64,000 bases of DNA from Centroscyllium fabricii (Eukaryota): contig JBNRSN020000013.1 in the NCBI GenBank assembly GCA_051313645.2, forward strand, positions 50,592,001 through 50,656,000, read 5' to 3'. Positions 61,558 to 64,000 of this stretch are shown here, piece after piece. The translations under genes and the position numbers were made by a program. The first letter of the stretch is position 1, and every line of letters begins with the position of its first letter. A model generated the notes under the pieces. The model was not told where the DNA came from, ran no database searches, and was given only the letters and a program-made list of their open reading frames with translations.

Positions 61558-64000
61558 TACTTTCCACTTTGCTTTCATGGAGTTTAATAAAGTTTCCAAA
61601 ACTGGTTACCACCAATCTCTCTTTCTCTCCCCCCAACAATCCAATGATGTTGTCAGACTATAAACTTGTTCCAATACGTTTGGTAGTGCAGCTGGAATTT
61701 TTTTAATGTCCTGCATGCCAGCTAGTGATACAAGCTGCTGTAATGGCTCTCAAACACTCGCACTGTGAAACAGAAACACACAGCGACACCAGTCGAGCAG
61801 ATATGACAGGAAGGTGATCTGCTGCACAGCTATCTGAAGGAAACCTTGCAAGCTGTAATCCAAACTCCAGGCTACTCGGTATGGTGATAGCATTACTGTA
61901 CTGGAAAAAAAAATATGGGCACTGTAACACATTGAAAGCCTGACCCAAGGTCCTTCAACCAAGGGGAAACACCGCAGTTCCAATTTTGGCACAGTCCAAG
62001 CCTCCAAAGACCCACTGAAATCCAATTCTCCTGACAATGCAGGGGTAACAGTACACTGTCGCTCTGTGACCCTGAGGTCATACTGCATAATATTTATCAG
62101 TCAAGTCATCAGTCAGGGATTTTGTCTCTTTTAAATGAAACTTCAACACTCCACACTGATCGCCATTGACGGAATTCAAGTCGTGTTCACTGAACATTTT
62201 AATCCTGAAAGTCTACAGCCCATATTCTGATCGACTCCACCGGCCGAATATCTTCACACAAGTCCGATTGTTATTTAAACAGCAGTTGCAGAAAATGCTT
62301 GAGCGATTCCTGACATTCAGCTCTACAGCTTTATGAAAATCCGGGATATTTACAACATTCAGATGTGCAGGGTTCGAAACAGTTTCAGACTGATGGAAAA
62401 CACAGAAAGCTACTTTAAAAAAAATTGTTGATCTCTCAAAGCTCAACAGTTACAGGTTTCAGCACTTGTTGATAGAGGAAAGGTTAATTATATTAAGAAT
62501 TATTAAAATAAAAACCCAGAATGCTAACAGACATCCAAAAGATCACAACAGATCAACTAATTGGGCCAGTTTATCAACACGATACGTCAGGCAAGGTTAA
62601 AGCAATGCCCATTTAACACACGTACCTGCATCATGCACAGGCTCGGCTTATAATTGAAAAATTGCCATTTGGATGATGTAGCAAAGGCTGCTTGGAACCA
62701 GCAAAAATGTATTTCAGCAAGGAGTCAACATCCTCAGGAGATGGTAGAAAATTGGCAAAAAAAAAATGCATGTTTAAATTGGATTCATATTCAGCTTGCA
62801 GCACACTCAGTAAAGTTACTGCTGTGTGACAAAAAAAAACACTGACCTCTGAAAGAAATAGTATGTTAGGCAGATATTTGTTTTGTTTTCCCCTTAAAAA
62901 AAACAGGACCCAATTTCTTTATGGGAATAAAGTCCTTTGGATGTACCTCACACTCAGGAAAGCCCATCAAAACCTTAACGTGTTTCGAAGTAGAACTGCA
63001 TAACCCAGATCCATGCCACCCATATCTAGGTTTTATAGCATTGATGTAAGACTCCTACAGCACCCTTCAAAGATGCAGCATATATTTTGTTTTTCATGAG
63101 CAGCAGTGCCAAGGATCACATTATTTTACCGATGTCACAAGAGAACCATTACAGCCATCGGGGGCTTGAAGCAATTAAATGAGTTGATGGTTTCCACCCA
63201 TCCAGTCTGTATTTTCAGCAGGCCATGCTTCAAAAAATATATATCTATATAAACCACGTAGCAAATAATACGTCTGTTTTTCGTGCATTTGGCCCTGGTT
63301 TCATTCAGTTTTCTTGGCTACACAGTATGGTAAGCAACGTCTTCCTCTCAACATTCTTCCAGAACGCAAGACCTGTTGGTGCTTCAATTTGAAATGTCTC
63401 CCATCATTTTGAAATGGTACTTCCCGCCTGTTCATTACGTGGGCTCCGATCAACAATAGACTCAAAAGGTTGTTTGTTCACCTCTTAACACAAACCCTCG
63501 CCAATGAATAACTATATGGTAACTGATAATTCATTCCTCAACTACTCCCCGTTACAGTTACACTATATTTTCCCTTCATTATCATCTAGCACCACATCAG
63601 GAGACAAGACTGCCCAGACAAGGAAACTACTGGGAATGAAAATATGAAACACAATCAGCTTTTCAGGGAAATAAATATAAAGCAACTAGATAGCAAGCAA
63701 CATCGCCAGGATATGCTGTATCAGCTTCAATTTTGATTATTTTACATGAAGCATTTTGCATGAAAATGTATCTGGAAAATAAAAACAAAAATGACCAGTT
63801 CAAAAACATCTCCACTGAACCAAATAGAAGGTCCTTTACAATTCCAACCCTCAAATAGAAATACATAAAAGTTGCAACATAGAAGCAGGCTGTTCTGCCC
63901 AACCAGTCCTCGTCAGCAGAAAATAGTTCAAATCACAGTTCCCCACCTTGTTCCCATATCCTTTCAATGCCTTTTCCCTCATCCACCTATCCAATCTGAT

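Noticed and set aside
63663-63902. Minus-strand ORF with 'RYIF' after a good acceptor-like sequence, as a possible POLA1 penultimate exon
   Set aside because: It lacks the preceding LYTQLCFY-type motif and the following residues do not match; most likely coincidence.

Overview
This is eukaryotic, not prokaryotic, DNA. It is a cartilaginous-fish-type (shark-like) locus, judged from HE1/HER1-type SINE/LINE and Deu-SINE content; the species cannot be determined. It holds the complete 5-exon ARX homeobox gene on + (CDS 10179-19657, 453 aa spliced) and, facing it tail-to-tail, the last coding exon of POLA1 on - (44000-44142). This is the conserved ARX-POLA1 regulatory block, with several TE-free AT-rich blocks that look like its conserved enhancers. 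The rest is a 27-bp minisatellite with a 427-bp higher-order repeat and many, often nested, transposons: CR1/HER1, L2, Rex1, HE1 V-SINEs, Deu-SINEs, Penelope-like hammerhead repeats, Tigger-like and Harbinger-like MITEs. The most unusual object is a near full-length, single-ORF endonuclease-RT LINE (about 35003-39220). Its 5' end is a tRNA-like head with Pol III A/B boxes, its about 3.3-kb sense strand has no TTTT terminator by my manual scan, and its ORF is closed by a 5'UTR/stop-codon stem. It is a candidate Pol III-transcribed autonomous retrotransposon. A second notable signal is a double-ENE-like, U-rich triple-helix module in the 3'UTR of a CR1 subfamily. Most short ORFs in the supplied track are non-coding noise. 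TE boundaries are approximate unless termini are quoted.
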